Part shown: positions 1 through 9,388 of the stretch, piece after piece
Numbering within the stretch: the stretch's first letter is position 1
How the letters are laid out: every line of letters begins with the position of its first letter
Source of the DNA: Candidatus Saccharimonadota bacterium
Lineage (GTDB): Bacteria > Pseudomonadota > Gammaproteobacteria > Enterobacterales > Enterobacteriaceae
Length of the DNA: 32,000 nt
Direction: 5' to 3'
NCBI GenBank assembly: GCA_041941765.1
Contig: CP145869.1
Coordinates: 430,313 to 462,312 of the forward strand
Position numbers and translations under genes: made by a program
The notes under the pieces: generated by a model
Told to the model about the DNA's origin: nothing
The model's database searches: none
Seen by the model: only the letters and a program-made list of their open reading frames with translations

Positions 1-194
1 TGGTTTTTTTCATTGTGCATAGTAACTTCCTTCATTCCGCTAATGACTATAGAGTGACATATTTTAATACATTTATCGCAAATACTGATATAATTTCCAG
101 CAACTATTTTACGTACTTGATATTGATTTTTTCCACAAAAAATACAGTAATACAGCCCGGAGCAGTTGTTTCTGTCTGTGCGATTATCTATCAT
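1..194 (-). CDS. clpX: ATP-dependent Clp protease ATP-binding subunit ClpX, N-terminal fragment (runs off the window)
   Basis: The reverse complement from ATG at 194-192 translates MIDNRTDRNNCSGLYYCIFCGKNQYQVRKIVAGNYISICDKCIKICHSIV... This carries the ClpX N-terminal zinc-binding domain (CxxC...CxxC). It lies just downstream of clpP as in the tig-clpP-clpX order. It is absent from the ORF track because it is truncated by the window edge. Confidence 0.85.
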   Translation of the reverse strand, partial: MIDNRTDRNNCSGLYYCIFCGKNQYQVRKIVAGNYISICDKCIKICHSIVISGMKEVTMHNEKN

Positions 195-259
195 TATTAA
201 TAAACCTCTTTTTTTAAAATTCGTAATTATTCCTTACCCTTATTCTTACTACAATATTA

Positions 260-889
260 TTACTCTCGATTAGTCAGGATCGAATCAACTAAACCATATT
301 TTACGGCTTCATTTGCAGATAGAAAATAGTCTCTTTCTGTATCTTTTTCTATCACTTCCAGGGGTTGTTCGGTATGATAAGCCATCAGCTGATTCATTTT
401 AGTCTTTATTCTTAAAATTTCGCGAGTATGTATTTCTATATCTGTGGCTTGTCCTTGATAAGCACCTAGTGGCTGATGAATCATAACGCGTGAATTAGGT
501 AAACAAAATCGTTTACCTTTAGTACCTGCTGTAAGTAAAAAAGCACCCATAGATGCGGCTAATCCTATACAGATAGTGCTAATATCTGGTTTAATAAACT
601 GCATGGTATCATAAATAGACATTCCTGCAGTAATAATTCCTCCCGGTGAGTTAATATACAAATATATATCTTTATCAGGCTTTTCTGCTTCCAAAAATAA
701 TAATTGTGCGACAATTACATTGGCTGTATAGTCTTCAATATTACCTGTTAAAAAAATTATACGCTCTTTAAGGAGACGAGAATATATATCATATGCTCGC
801 TCACCTCGAGCGTTCTGTTCAATAACCATAGGTACAAACATCATTTTTGATCCAATTTCTGGTTCTACACCGGAGCTCTTATATGACAT
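260..889 (-). CDS. clpP: ATP-dependent Clp protease proteolytic subunit ClpP
   Basis: The ORF 260-901 matches ClpP throughout ([29 protein letters not shown], catalytic Ser context [18 protein letters not shown]). I chose the start at MSYK (889) because it aligns with E. coli MSYSG and has GGAG 6 nt upstream. The ATG at 901 has no usable SD spacing. Confidence 0.95.
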   Translation of the reverse strand: MSYKSSGVEPEIGSKMMFVPMVIEQNARGERAYDIYSRLLKERIIFLTGNIEDYTANVIVAQLLFLEAEKPDKDIYLYINSPGGIITAGMSIYDTMQFIKPDISTICIGLAASMGAFLLTAGTKGKRFCLPNSRVMIHQPLGAYQGQATDIEIHTREILRIKTKMNQLMAYHTEQPLEVIEKDTERDYFLSANEAVKYGLVDSILTNRE

Positions 890-937
890 TGTTATCTCCA
901 TTTCCTTCTAGTAGTTGTTACTAACTATTTCCTCAAA

Positions 938-2179
938 TCAATAAATCAAGTTTTGTTCATATTCGACTATCATTCTTTTTAAATCCTGAAATTGCATTTT
1001 TTTTTCAGTAATTACACACTGATTCATAATTAGTTCTATTGCCATATTTTCTAAGACTAAATTCTGAATACTTTTCATCGTTTCTTGAGATTTCCGAAAA
1101 TATTTTATTAATGGTTGAATATGTTCTTCCTTTACGTTTAGTTTATTCATACGGATTACTTCATTTAATAATAATCCTAAAGTCACACGATTCTTAGCTT
1201 TTTTTTCTAAAATGCTACGTGGAAAAATTTTCATACTAGATAGTTGATATAAATTTTTCACTTCAGTTTTTAACAATGAAATAGGAATTTCAATTTTATT
1301 ATTTGTTAATAATTCATGAAAGATCTGTAACTTAAGAAAATAATTTACGGTATTTTTAAGCTCTCGTTGCAGATTTTGTCGTATTTCATCGCGTAATTTT
1401 ACTATAGATCCTTTAGATTCAGATACTTCTAAATGTTTAATGAATTTTTTATTGAATTCTGGTAATTGACACTCTTCTACTTTTTTCAATAAAATATTAA
1501 ATTGAGTAATATTATTTTTTTCTTTCTCCGGAAAATTTAATTCAACTATAAAGTTATCTCCAAGAATATGACCAATAATTTGTTTATCCAAGTCAAAATA
1601 CATAGTAGATTCAGGTGCTATAATTAAACTTAGGTTATTAACCTTGTTATCATTTTCAGGTTGTTCCAAGTTGATTAACTCTATAGTTACACGATCCCCC
1701 ACTTGTACGGGACGAGTAACCGGTTTCCAAACTCCTTGTTTTCTACAAAGATCAATCAATATATTATCTATATCTTCTTCATTTACTTCAACTATTGGTT
1801 TATTAACTTTAATAGAATCAAAATTTTTTAATTGAATTTCAGGAGCAATTTCAAATTCTATTATATAGGTAAAATCCGATCCTTCTTTATATTCCCCTGG
1901 CATGTAGCTCAAATTCCCAACTGGAACAAAATTGTTTTTTTTTATTACTGTAATGAACTCTTGTTGCATAAGATCAGTTAAGACCTCATTAAGTATAGAC
2001 ATACCATAACGTTGGGCTACTATTTTCATAGGTACCTTACCTTGACGAAATCCATCCATACGAATTTGTTGAGCAACGTGGACTAGTTTTGTTTGAACCA
2101 TATCTTTGATATTTACAGCAGGAATAGTAATTGTTATTCTACGCCCAAGATTATGAGTCTTTTCTACTGATACTTGCAT
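938..2179 (-). CDS. tig: Trigger factor (peptidyl-prolyl isomerase chaperone)
   Basis: MQVSVEKTHNLGRRITITIP... aligns with the E. coli Tig N-terminus MQVSVETTQGLGRRVTITI, and the ribosome-binding motif GFRQGKVP is present. GGAGG lies upstream of the ATG at 2179. The ORF-track start at 2197 would add 6 residues not seen in Tig. Confidence 0.93.
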   Translation of the reverse strand: MQVSVEKTHNLGRRITITIPAVNIKDMVQTKLVHVAQQIRMDGFRQGKVPMKIVAQRYGMSILNEVLTDLMQQEFITVIKKNNFVPVGNLSYMPGEYKEGSDFTYIIEFEIAPEIQLKNFDSIKVNKPIVEVNEEDIDNILIDLCRKQGVWKPVTRPVQVGDRVTIELINLEQPENDNKVNNLSLIIAPESTMYFDLDKQIIGHILGDNFIVELNFPEKEKNNITQFNILLKKVEECQLPEFNKKFIKHLEVSESKGSIVKLRDEIRQNLQRELKNTVNYFLKLQIFHELLTNNKIEIPISLLKTEVKNLYQLSSMKIFPRSILEKKAKNRVTLGLLLNEVIRMNKLNVKEEHIQPLIKYFRKSQETMKSIQNLVLENMAIELIMNQCVITEKKMQFQDLKRMIVEYEQNLIY

Positions 2180-2395
2180 TGATTTTATTACCTCCAAAAT
2201 TATATAGATTTGATTGAGTTAAACAATTTTTTAGCTTCAAAAAGATATAACGTAACGCTATTTTTATAATAATGGCAAATGCATCATACATAAATAACAT
2301 AACTATCTCTCACTAATGTGTCGATAATTAATTTTTATTCTAACCTAACTAGAAACAAAATAATGTTAATAAGTTATTAATAAAAATTAACTCTA

Positions 2396-2424
2396 TTTAC
2401 AGTTTAGATACCTTCTATTACAAT
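2396..2424 (+). promoter_or_regulatory. Candidate sigma70 promoter for the cyo operon (-35 TTTACA, 17-nt spacer, -10 TACAAT)
   Basis: TTTACA sits at 2396-2401 and TACAAT at 2419-2424, about 45 nt upstream of the cyoA ATG. GAGG at 2457-2460 could serve as the SD. AT-rich DNA makes chance -10-like hexamers common. Confidence 0.3.
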
Positions 2425-2469
2425 ATAAAAATAAGATGAGCAGATGGAGAGAATCCGAGGTATTAATAA

Positions 2470-3363
2470 ATGGGACCAAATAAATTTAAACACTTTTTTC
2501 GGATATTATATTTCTTTACTCTTATTATTTTCTTAAATAGTTGTGACATGGTTTTATTAAATCCTAAAGGCCAAATTGGTATAGAGCAACGTACACTAAT
2601 CTTAACCGCGCTGGGTTTAATGTTATTAGTTGTAATTCCGGTTATTATAATGGCAATTGTATTTCCATTTAAATACCGACATACTAATATTCATGCTAAA
2701 TATAATCCTAATTGGTCTCATTCATACAAAATTGAGGCTATAGTTTGGCTTATTCCTATTTTTATTATTATTTGTCTTGGAATTATAACGTGGAAAAGTT
2801 CTATTTCTTTAGAACCAAAAAAACCTATAGTTTCTCCTATTGCTCCTTTAACAATTGAAGTGGTATCAATGGATTGGAAATGGTTATTTATTTATCCCGA
2901 ACAAGGAATAGCATCAGTAAATCAAATATCTTTTCCAATTAACACACCCATTGAATTTAAAATTACATCTTATTCGGTTATGAATTCTTTTTTTATTCCT
3001 TCTTTAGGAAGTCAAATATATGCAATGCCTGGAATGCAAACTAAACTAAATTTAGTTGCAAATGAACCAGGTACTTATCAAGGTATATCATCTGCATATA
3101 GTGGTAGGGGTTTTTCTGATATGAAATTTACTGTTTTTGCTACACCTGATGTAGCATCCTTTTCTCATTGGATAGCTAAAGCCAAACAGGCACACACTAC
3201 TTTGAATATGAAAACTTTAGAAAAGTTAGCACTACCTAATAAAAACCATCAGGTAGAATTTTTTTCTCACGTCCAACCTAATTTATTTAAAAAAATTATA
3301 AATAAGTTTAAATCTAGTGCTTATGTATCAGATTTTACATCTAAATTATTAGTAAGTAGCTAA
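2470..3363 (+). CDS. cyoA: Cytochrome bo3 ubiquinol oxidase subunit II (lipoprotein)
   Basis: Strong similarity to E. coli CyoA ([71 protein letters not shown]). A lipobox-like FLNSC follows the N-terminal signal. Confidence 0.95.
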   Translation: MGPNKFKHFFRILYFFTLIIFLNSCDMVLLNPKGQIGIEQRTLILTALGLMLLVVIPVIIMAIVFPFKYRHTNIHAKYNPNWSHSYKIEAIVWLIPIFIIICLGIITWKSSISLEPKKPIVSPIAPLTIEVVSMDWKWLFIYPEQGIASVNQISFPINTPIEFKITSYSVMNSFFIPSLGSQIYAMPGMQTKLNLVANEPGTYQGISSAYSGRGFSDMKFTVFATPDVASFSHWIAKAKQAHTTLNMKTLEKLALPNKNHQVEFFSHVQPNLFKKIINKFKSSAYVSDFTSKLLVSS

Positions 3364-3410
3364 AATTTGAAAAAATGTAATAATTTATTTAATTTAAGGA
3401 ATTAAATTCT

Positions 3411-5414
3411 ATGTTTGGAAAATTAACACTCAATGCTATTCCATATAATGAACCCATTATTATGGGTACTCTTGTTACTCTTATCTTGATTGGATTTATT
3501 ATACTAACTACCATAACATATATGAGAAAATGGCAATATTTATGGAATGAGTGGTTAACGTCATTAGATCATAAAAGATTAGGAATTATGTACATTATTC
3601 TTGGATTAGTTATGATGATTAGGGGTTTTACTGATGCTATTATGATGCGTAGTCAGCAAGCTATAGCATCAGCTGGACAACCGGGATTTTTACCACCTCA
3701 CCACTATGATCAAATATTTACGGCTCATGGTGTCATTATGATTTTTTTTGTAGCAACACCGTTAATTATCGGTTTAATGAACTTTATAGTACCTTTACAA
3801 ATTGGTGCACGTGATGTTGCTTTTCCTTTTCTTAATAATTTAAGTTTTTGGCTTACCGTAGCTGGAGCAGTTTTAGTAAATCTTTCATTAGGAATAGGAG
3901 AATTTGCTCAAGTAGGATGGGTCGCTTATCCCCCACTTTCTGGTATTGAGTATAGTCCAGGTGTAGGAGTTGATTATTGGATTTGGAGTTTACAAATTTC
4001 TGGAATTGGTACAATATTAACAGGAATTAATTTTTTCGTGACTATTCTTAAAATGCGAGCTCCAGGTATGACTTTATTTAAAATGCCCGTTTTTACATGG
4101 ACTGCGTTGTGTTCTAATATATTAATTATTATGGCATTTCCTATTTTAACTGTAACTATTGGCTTGCTTACCATGGATCGTTATTTAAATACCCATTTTT
4201 TTACAAACGATCTGGGTGGTAATATGATGATGTATATAAATCTTATTTGGGCATGGGGGCATCCCGAAGTATACATTTTAGTGTTGCCAGTATTTGGGAT
4301 TTATTCAGAAATAGTAGCTACTTTTTCTAAAAAAACCCTTTTTGGTTATACATCGCTGATTTGGGCAACTATTGTTATTACAATCCTTTCATTTATTGTA
4401 TGGTTACACCATTTTTTTACTATGGGAGCAGGATCAAATGTTAATGCTTTTTTTGGCATTAGCACAATGATTATTGCTATTCCAACCGGTGTAAAAATAT
4501 TTAACTGGCTATTTACTATGTATGAAGGTCGTGTTCAGTTAACTTCTCCTATGCTTTGGACAATAGGCTTTATTATAATCTTCTCCATTGGAGGAATGGC
4601 GGGAGTATTATTAGCAGTTCCGGGAGCAGATTTTGTATTACATAACAGTCTTTTTTTAATAGCACATTTTCATAGTGTTATTATTGGTGGAGTAGTTTTT
4701 GGTTGTTTGGCGGGATTAACTTACTGGTTTCCGAAAGCTTTTGGATTTCTCTTGAATGAAAAGTGGGGAAAACGTTCTTTTTTATTTTGGTTTATTGGTT
4801 TTTTCTTTGCTTTTATGCCGTTGTATGTACTAGGATTAATGGGAATGACACGTCGTCTAAGTCAAAATATTAATCCTCAATTTCATTCTTTATTAGTAGT
4901 TGCTGCTTTTGGAACTGTAATTATTGCAATGGGTATTGTCTGTTTTTTCATACAAATCTATACTTCTATTATTAATCGCGATAAAAATCGTGATTTGTCT
5001 GGTGATCCATGGGATGGACGTACTCTAGAATGGTCCACCTCTTCACCTCCTCCTTTTTATAATTTTGCTATAATACCAGAAGTAAAAGAACGTGATGCCT
5101 TTTGGGAAATGAAACATAGAGGTATTAAAGACCAACCTTCAATAAAAAATTATCAAAGCATTCATATGCCGAAAAATAGTAGCATAGGAATTGTAATTGC
5201 TTCTTTTAGTGTACTGTTTGGTTTTGCTATGGTTTGGTATATATGGTGGTTAGCTGGCATAAGTTTTTTAGGAATAATGATATCTTGGATTATAAAAAGT
5301 TTTGATGAAAATACTGATTATTATGTTTCTGTAAGTGAAATTATAACAATTGAAAATCAATGTGTTGGAAAAATGAATAAGGTTAGATCTAACAATGTCA
5401 ATCAAAATGAATGA
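3411..5414 (+). CDS. cyoB: Cytochrome bo3 ubiquinol oxidase subunit I (heme-copper oxidase)
   Basis: 667 aa with hallmark heme-copper oxidase motifs ([31 protein letters not shown]), collinear with E. coli CyoB. Confidence 0.97.
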   Translation: MFGKLTLNAIPYNEPIIMGTLVTLILIGFIILTTITYMRKWQYLWNEWLTSLDHKRLGIMYIILGLVMMIRGFTDAIMMRSQQAIASAGQPGFLPPHHYDQIFTAHGVIMIFFVATPLIIGLMNFIVPLQIGARDVAFPFLNNLSFWLTVAGAVLVNLSLGIGEFAQVGWVAYPPLSGIEYSPGVGVDYWIWSLQISGIGTILTGINFFVTILKMRAPGMTLFKMPVFTWTALCSNILIIMAFPILTVTIGLLTMDRYLNTHFFTNDLGGNMMMYINLIWAWGHPEVYILVLPVFGIYSEIVATFSKKTLFGYTSLIWATIVITILSFIVWLHHFFTMGAGSNVNAFFGISTMIIAIPTGVKIFNWLFTMYEGRVQLTSPMLWTIGFIIIFSIGGMAGVLLAVPGADFVLHNSLFLIAHFHSVIIGGVVFGCLAGLTYWFPKAFGFLLNEKWGKRSFLFWFIGFFFAFMPLYVLGLMGMTRRLSQNINPQFHSLLVVAAFGTVIIAMGIVCFFIQIYTSIINRDKNRDLSGDPWDGRTLEWSTSSPPPFYNFAIIPEVKERDAFWEMKHRGIKDQPSIKNYQSIHMPKNSSIGIVIASFSVLFGFAMVWYIWWLAGISFLGIMISWIIKSFDENTDYYVSVSEIITIENQCVGKMNKVRSNNVNQNE

Positions 5415-6000
5415 TCTTCACCAGATTTCTGTAGATAACAAAAAAATTTTTGGTTTTTGGATATACTTGATGAGCGATTGTATTCTTTTTGCTGCCCTAT
5501 TTGCTACTTATGCAGTTATGATCAATGGAACAGCTGACGGTCCTCTAGGTAGAGAAATTTTTTCTCTCCCATTTGTATTAGCCGAAACAATTTTTTTACT
5601 TTTTAGTTCAGTAACTTATGGTATGGCCATGATTGCTATTAAAACGTATGATAAAAAACCAGATGATGTCTTCATTTGGTTATTATTAACTTTTATTTTA
5701 GGATGGATTTTTGTAGGAATGGAATTTTATGAATTTCATTCATTAATTATTGAGAACTATGGTCCTAATCGTAGCGGATTTTTATCTAGTTTTTTTGCCT
5801 TAGTAGGTACACATGGAATACATGTAATATCAGGATTAATTTGGATGATAGTTTTAATGTTTCAGATAGTTATAAGAAGAAGGAGTCTTCTTACTAAGAA
5901 CATTATAACTAGAATGGCTTGCTTGAGCTTATTTTGGCATTTTTTAGATGTTATATGGATATGCGTCTTCACTATAGTATATTTACTAGGAGTTCTATAA
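5395..6000 (+). CDS. cyoC: Cytochrome bo3 ubiquinol oxidase subunit III
   Basis: [37 protein letters not shown] and [17 protein letters not shown] match E. coli CyoC. The start is ambiguous. ATG 5395 overlaps cyoB by 20 nt; ATG 5407 would overlap by 8 nt. Confidence 0.92.
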   Translation: MSIKMNDLHQISVDNKKIFGFWIYLMSDCILFAALFATYAVMINGTADGPLGREIFSLPFVLAETIFLLFSSVTYGMAMIAIKTYDKKPDDVFIWLLLTFILGWIFVGMEFYEFHSLIIENYGPNRSGFLSSFFALVGTHGIHVISGLIWMIVLMFQIVIRRRSLLTKNIITRMACLSLFWHFLDVIWICVFTIVYLLGVL

Positions 6001-6317
6001 TGAAAAATCATAGTACTTTAACAAAGTATCATAATAAGACATACTTAATAGGTTTTATTATGTCAATAATATTGACAGTTATTCCTTTCTGGTTCGTAAT
6101 AAATAGAAATTTTTTTTCATATACTCCAGTTTTAATTATAGTAATTACTTCTGCTATATTCCAAATAATAATTCATTTCAAATATTTCCTACATATAGAC
6201 TTCTCTATGGAAGAACGTTGGAATTTATTAACCCTAATTTTTAGTATAATTATAATTGGAATATTCGTAATAGGTTCCTTATGGATTATGTGGAATCTTA
6301 ACTATAATATGATGTAA
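6000..6317 (+). CDS. cyoD: Cytochrome bo3 ubiquinol oxidase subunit IV
   Basis: From [31 protein letters not shown] to GSLWIMWNLNYNMM the sequence matches E. coli CyoD (KTYMTGFILSIILTVIPFW...GSIWIMWNLNYNMM). The ATG overlaps the cyoC TAA (TAATG). The upstream part of ORF 5919-6317 is simply the cyoC 3' end read in another frame. Confidence 0.9.
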   Translation: MKNHSTLTKYHNKTYLIGFIMSIILTVIPFWFVINRNFFSYTPVLIIVITSAIFQIIIHFKYFLHIDFSMEERWNLLTLIFSIIIIGIFVIGSLWIMWNLNYNMM

Positions 6318-6489
6318 ATCATTGGATTACTAAGTCAAATACTTTACCCTAACAATTTTTATCTAAAAAAAATTTAACTTTAATAGTTTGAATTATGATA
6401 TACTAAAAAACTACATAAAATAGTTGTTGTTTAGCAACTCTAACTGTGTAGAAGATGTTTGTCTATTTAAAATTAAAAAGGTAATATTG

Positions 6490-6702
6490 ATGTCCAAGAT
6501 TAAAGGTAACGTTAAATGGTTTAATGAATCTAAAGGATTCGGTTTCATTACTCCGGAAGATGGTAGTAAGGATGTATTTGTTCATTTTTCTGCTATCCAG
6601 AGCAATGGATTCAAAACTCTGGCTGAAGGACAGCGTGTAGAGTTTGAAATTACTAATGGCGCTAAAGGCCCTTCGGCTGCTAACGTTACCCTAGTAAGTT
6701 AA
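6490..6702 (+). CDS. cspE: Cold-shock-domain protein CspE
   Basis: [66 protein letters not shown] is nearly residue-for-residue E. coli CspE as I recall it. The RNP1 (KGFGFI) and RNP2 (VFVHF) motifs are present. AAGG lies upstream of the ATG at 6490. Confidence 0.95.
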   Translation: MSKIKGNVKWFNESKGFGFITPEDGSKDVFVHFSAIQSNGFKTLAEGQRVEFEITNGAKGPSAANVTLVS

Positions 6703-6713
6703 CAGTCAGGATT

Positions 6714-6741
6714 AAAAACCCGTCTATCATGTCGGGTTTTT
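6714..6741. terminator. Bidirectional rho-independent terminator between convergent cspE and lipA
   Basis: AAAAACCCG (6714-6722) and CGGGTTTTT (6733-6741) form a 9-bp stem around a 10-nt loop. A-runs and T-runs flank it, so it reads as hairpin plus U-tract on both strands. It begins 12 nt after the cspE stop and covers the lipA stop codon (6727-6729). Confidence 0.6.
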
Positions 6742-7677
6742 AATTAATTGATTTTTTACATATGTAGCTTGTAAATCAGCATGATAAGAAGATCGTACTA
6801 ATGGTCCACAAGCAGCATGTTGAAAACCCATTGCTATTGCTTTTTCTTTGAGGTGTAAAAATTCATCTGGACTGACATAACGTTTTACCGGAAAATGGTG
6901 AGGACTAGGTTGCAGATATTGACCTATTGTCAACATTGTAACACCATGAAGTCGTAAATCTTGCATAACTTGAATAATTTCAGAATAGTTTTCACCTAAA
7001 CCTACCATCAGACCAGATTTAGTCGGTATATTTGGATGATTTTTCTTAAAATTTTTGAGTAATTTTAAAGAAAAAGTATAATTTGCTCCAGGACGAATTT
7101 TACTATACATTTTAGGTACAGTTTCTATATTATGATTGAATACATCTGGAGGCAGAGTACTTAAAATTTTTAATGCGTCATTTTGACATCCCCGAAAATC
7201 AGGTACTAAAATTTCAATTTTAATTTGAGTATTACTCTGTTTTATGGCACGTATGCATTCAACAAAATGTTGAGCTCCCCCATCACGTAAATCATCTCTA
7301 TCAACTGAAGTAAGAACTACATAATATAAATTCATGTCTTTAATAGTTTTTGCCAAGTTTTGAGGTTCATATACATTAGGAGGTAATGGTCGACCATGTC
7401 CTATATTACAAAATGGGCAACGTCGCGTGCAAATCTCTCCTAAAATGAGAAAAGTAATTTTTCCTTGATTAAAACATTCTGCCATATTAGGACAGGAAGC
7501 TTCTTCACAAACTGAATGCAAACCATTTTGACGTATTAATGCTTTTATACTCAATAAACGTTTAGAATTAATTGGTAATTTTATTCTTAACCATTTGGGT
7601 TTATTAGGATTAGGATTATTATTATCCTCGGGTTCTAAAACTACTTTGTCTGTATTACGTAATCGGTATTTAATCAT
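6727..7677 (-). CDS. lipA: Lipoyl synthase (radical SAM)
   Basis: [17 protein letters not shown] plus the radical-SAM cluster motif [15 protein letters not shown], then [14 protein letters not shown] and [10 protein letters not shown]. Collinear with E. coli LipA. Confidence 0.96.
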   Translation of the reverse strand: MIKYRLRNTDKVVLEPEDNNNPNPNKPKWLRIKLPINSKRLLSIKALIRQNGLHSVCEEASCPNMAECFNQGKITFLILGEICTRRCPFCNIGHGRPLPPNVYEPQNLAKTIKDMNLYYVVLTSVDRDDLRDGGAQHFVECIRAIKQSNTQIKIEILVPDFRGCQNDALKILSTLPPDVFNHNIETVPKMYSKIRPGANYTFSLKLLKNFKKNHPNIPTKSGLMVGLGENYSEIIQVMQDLRLHGVTMLTIGQYLQPSPHHFPVKRYVSPDEFLHLKEKAIAMGFQHAACGPLVRSSYHADLQATYVKNQLIKNPT

Positions 7678-7762
7678 TATTATTTCTTACTAGATGTATT
7701 TAGAAAAATAGATACTATCTAAAAAAGTAGATAAAATTTCAATAATTATATATAAGTTTTTA

Positions 7763-8380
7763 CTAAAAAAAATAACTAATAAATTTTTTAATTAATATAG
7801 GATATACTTCTAAGACTGTAATATCAGGTTTAAAATCACTTAATTGTGTCATTTTAAGATTAGGAAATCCACATGGATTAATAAGTTGAAAAGGTGATAA
7901 ATCCATATTAATATTTAATGCTAAACCATGTAGAGAATATCCATGTTTAATACGTAATCCAAGTGAGCAGATTTTTTTATCATCTATATAAACTCCTGGT
8001 GCATTATAACGTATATAACCTTTTTGAATATTAAACTCTTTTAATGTATCAATAACTGATTGTTCTATAATAGTTAATAACTGTCGTACACTTATTTTTC
8101 TACGTTTTAAATCAATCATAATATACATGATTAATTGACCAGGACCATGATACGTGATTTTACCGCCTCGATCCGTTTGCAATACAGCAATATTATCAAT
8201 ATTAATCTTATTTGATTTTCCAGCCTTTCCTTCAGTAAAAATCGGAAAATGTTGAACCAACCATAACTCATCCACTGTTTTTAAGTTACGTTTTTCAGTA
8301 AAATAATGCATAGCATTGGATACTAATATCCAAGGTTGCAAACCAAGATAACGAATAATAAAATTTACTTGTTGCTGCAT
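7763..8380 (-). CDS. lipB: Octanoyltransferase (lipoyl(octanoyl) transferase) LipB
   Basis: LGLQPW, LQTDRGGKITYHGPGQLIMY, KKICSLGLRIKHGYSLHGLALNINMDLSPFQLINPCG match E. coli LipB, including the catalytic Cys/Lys region. The N-terminus aligns at the 8380 start. Confidence 0.93.
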   Translation of the reverse strand: MQQQVNFIIRYLGLQPWILVSNAMHYFTEKRNLKTVDELWLVQHFPIFTEGKAGKSNKINIDNIAVLQTDRGGKITYHGPGQLIMYIMIDLKRRKISVRQLLTIIEQSVIDTLKEFNIQKGYIRYNAPGVYIDDKKICSLGLRIKHGYSLHGLALNINMDLSPFQLINPCGFPNLKMTQLSDFKPDITVLEVYPILIKKFISYFF

Positions 8381-9384
8381 TCTACTTTTTTAGGACAACT
8401 TAATAATAATGAAAGATTTTCTAATCTAAGCCATAATAATGATCTCTCTTCATGAGATTCTTTTAGGGAGACTTCAATCTCTGCCAATAAGCAAAGAGAT
8501 TTTTGAATCTGATTTGTATTTAACCTCTGTAATGCTTTATTAAATAATAGCTGACGTGTATTATTATATATAATTTGATACTGATCAAAGATAATTTTTA
8601 ATGGTGTTGTACTCATTTTGAGTTGTAGTATAGTCATTAAATGAATTTGTAAAACATAACATAATGAAGAAATTTCATTTCCTTGTTTACGTAATTGACG
8701 AAGAATATGAAACGCACGATCAGAATCTCCTGTGAATACAGCTTCCAACCAGTGAAAATGGTTAAAATGAGCCATATCATTTACAATATTTTGTATGCGT
8801 GAAAGTGTTATGATACCATCAGAAAAAAATAAAGCTAATATTTCTAAGATTTGAACCAAGGCTAATAAATTTCTTTCATAATTATAACATATCCATTTCA
8901 GAGCATCTTTTTCTATTTTTAATCCGATTTTTTCTGCTCTTTTACAAATCCATTTGGGAAAATGAGATATTTTAGGTGTGCTACAATCAACAAGTACACT
9001 TAAGTTTAATAAAGCAAACCAATTTGGTGGTTTTGTAATTATAATAATTAGTATTATATTAAGGTCTAACTCTATTACAGAAAATAATTTTTCTTCCCAT
9101 AAAGAAGAAAATTGTTTCTTATCAGATAAGATTAATTTTAAAATACGTTTAGTAGCAAATAAGCTTTGTTTTTTTACATTATTTAATAACTCATTCAAAT
9201 CAGTTTTTATATTGAAAATAATATTACAGTATTCATAAAAGCCTAATTTACGAGCATGTTTACGTATAATTTCTTCACTTTCTTTTAATAAAAAAGGATC
9301 TTTTCCAGCTAAAATATAGCACCTATACCGAAATGAATTTTTTTCGAGATAGACGTCAAGTTGTTCCGAATAAACTCTTATCAT
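8365..9384 (-). CDS. holA: DNA polymerase III delta subunit
   Basis: MIRVYSEQL..., KDPFLLKES, LFATKRILKL, YERNLLALVQILEILALFFSDG, HFNHFHWLEA and LENLSLLL are collinear with E. coli HolA (MIRLYPEQL, NDPLLLQES, YEGNLLALAQALERLSLLWPDG, HFTPFHWVDA). The length is similar (339 aa). Confidence 0.88.
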   Translation of the reverse strand: MIRVYSEQLDVYLEKNSFRYRCYILAGKDPFLLKESEEIIRKHARKLGFYEYCNIIFNIKTDLNELLNNVKKQSLFATKRILKLILSDKKQFSSLWEEKLFSVIELDLNIILIIIITKPPNWFALLNLSVLVDCSTPKISHFPKWICKRAEKIGLKIEKDALKWICYNYERNLLALVQILEILALFFSDGIITLSRIQNIVNDMAHFNHFHWLEAVFTGDSDRAFHILRQLRKQGNEISSLCYVLQIHLMTILQLKMSTTPLKIIFDQYQIIYNNTRQLLFNKALQRLNTNQIQKSLCLLAEIEVSLKESHEERSLLWLRLENLSLLLSCPKKVECSNK

Positions 9385-9388
9385 TTCA

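Noticed and set aside
15-200. 61-aa plus-strand ORF at the window start
   Set aside because: It is antisense to a clear ClpX N-terminal zinc-finger coding sequence (minus strand, ATG at 194). Its composition is not protein-like and it has no SD.
2199-2226. TTGTTT-16-TATAAT promoter-like element on the minus strand upstream of tig
   Set aside because: The -10 hexamer (2199-2204) lies only 3 nt upstream of the tig SD (2191-2195), about 20 nt from the ATG. A transcript starting there would begin within the SD. It is probably a chance match in AT-rich DNA.
5919-5999. Upstream part of the 132-aa ORF containing cyoD
   Set aside because: This segment is the cyoC 3' end in another frame. CyoD homology starts at the ATG at 6000 (MKNHSTL...), giving the expected size of about 105 aa.
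6424-6489. 22-codon extension upstream of cspE ([22 protein letters not shown])
   Set aside because: It starts at a TTG, and the CspE family begins at MSKIKG. An AAGG SD precedes the ATG at 6490. The region more likely contains the cspE promoter (extended -10 TGaTATACT at 6396-6404) and 5' UTR.
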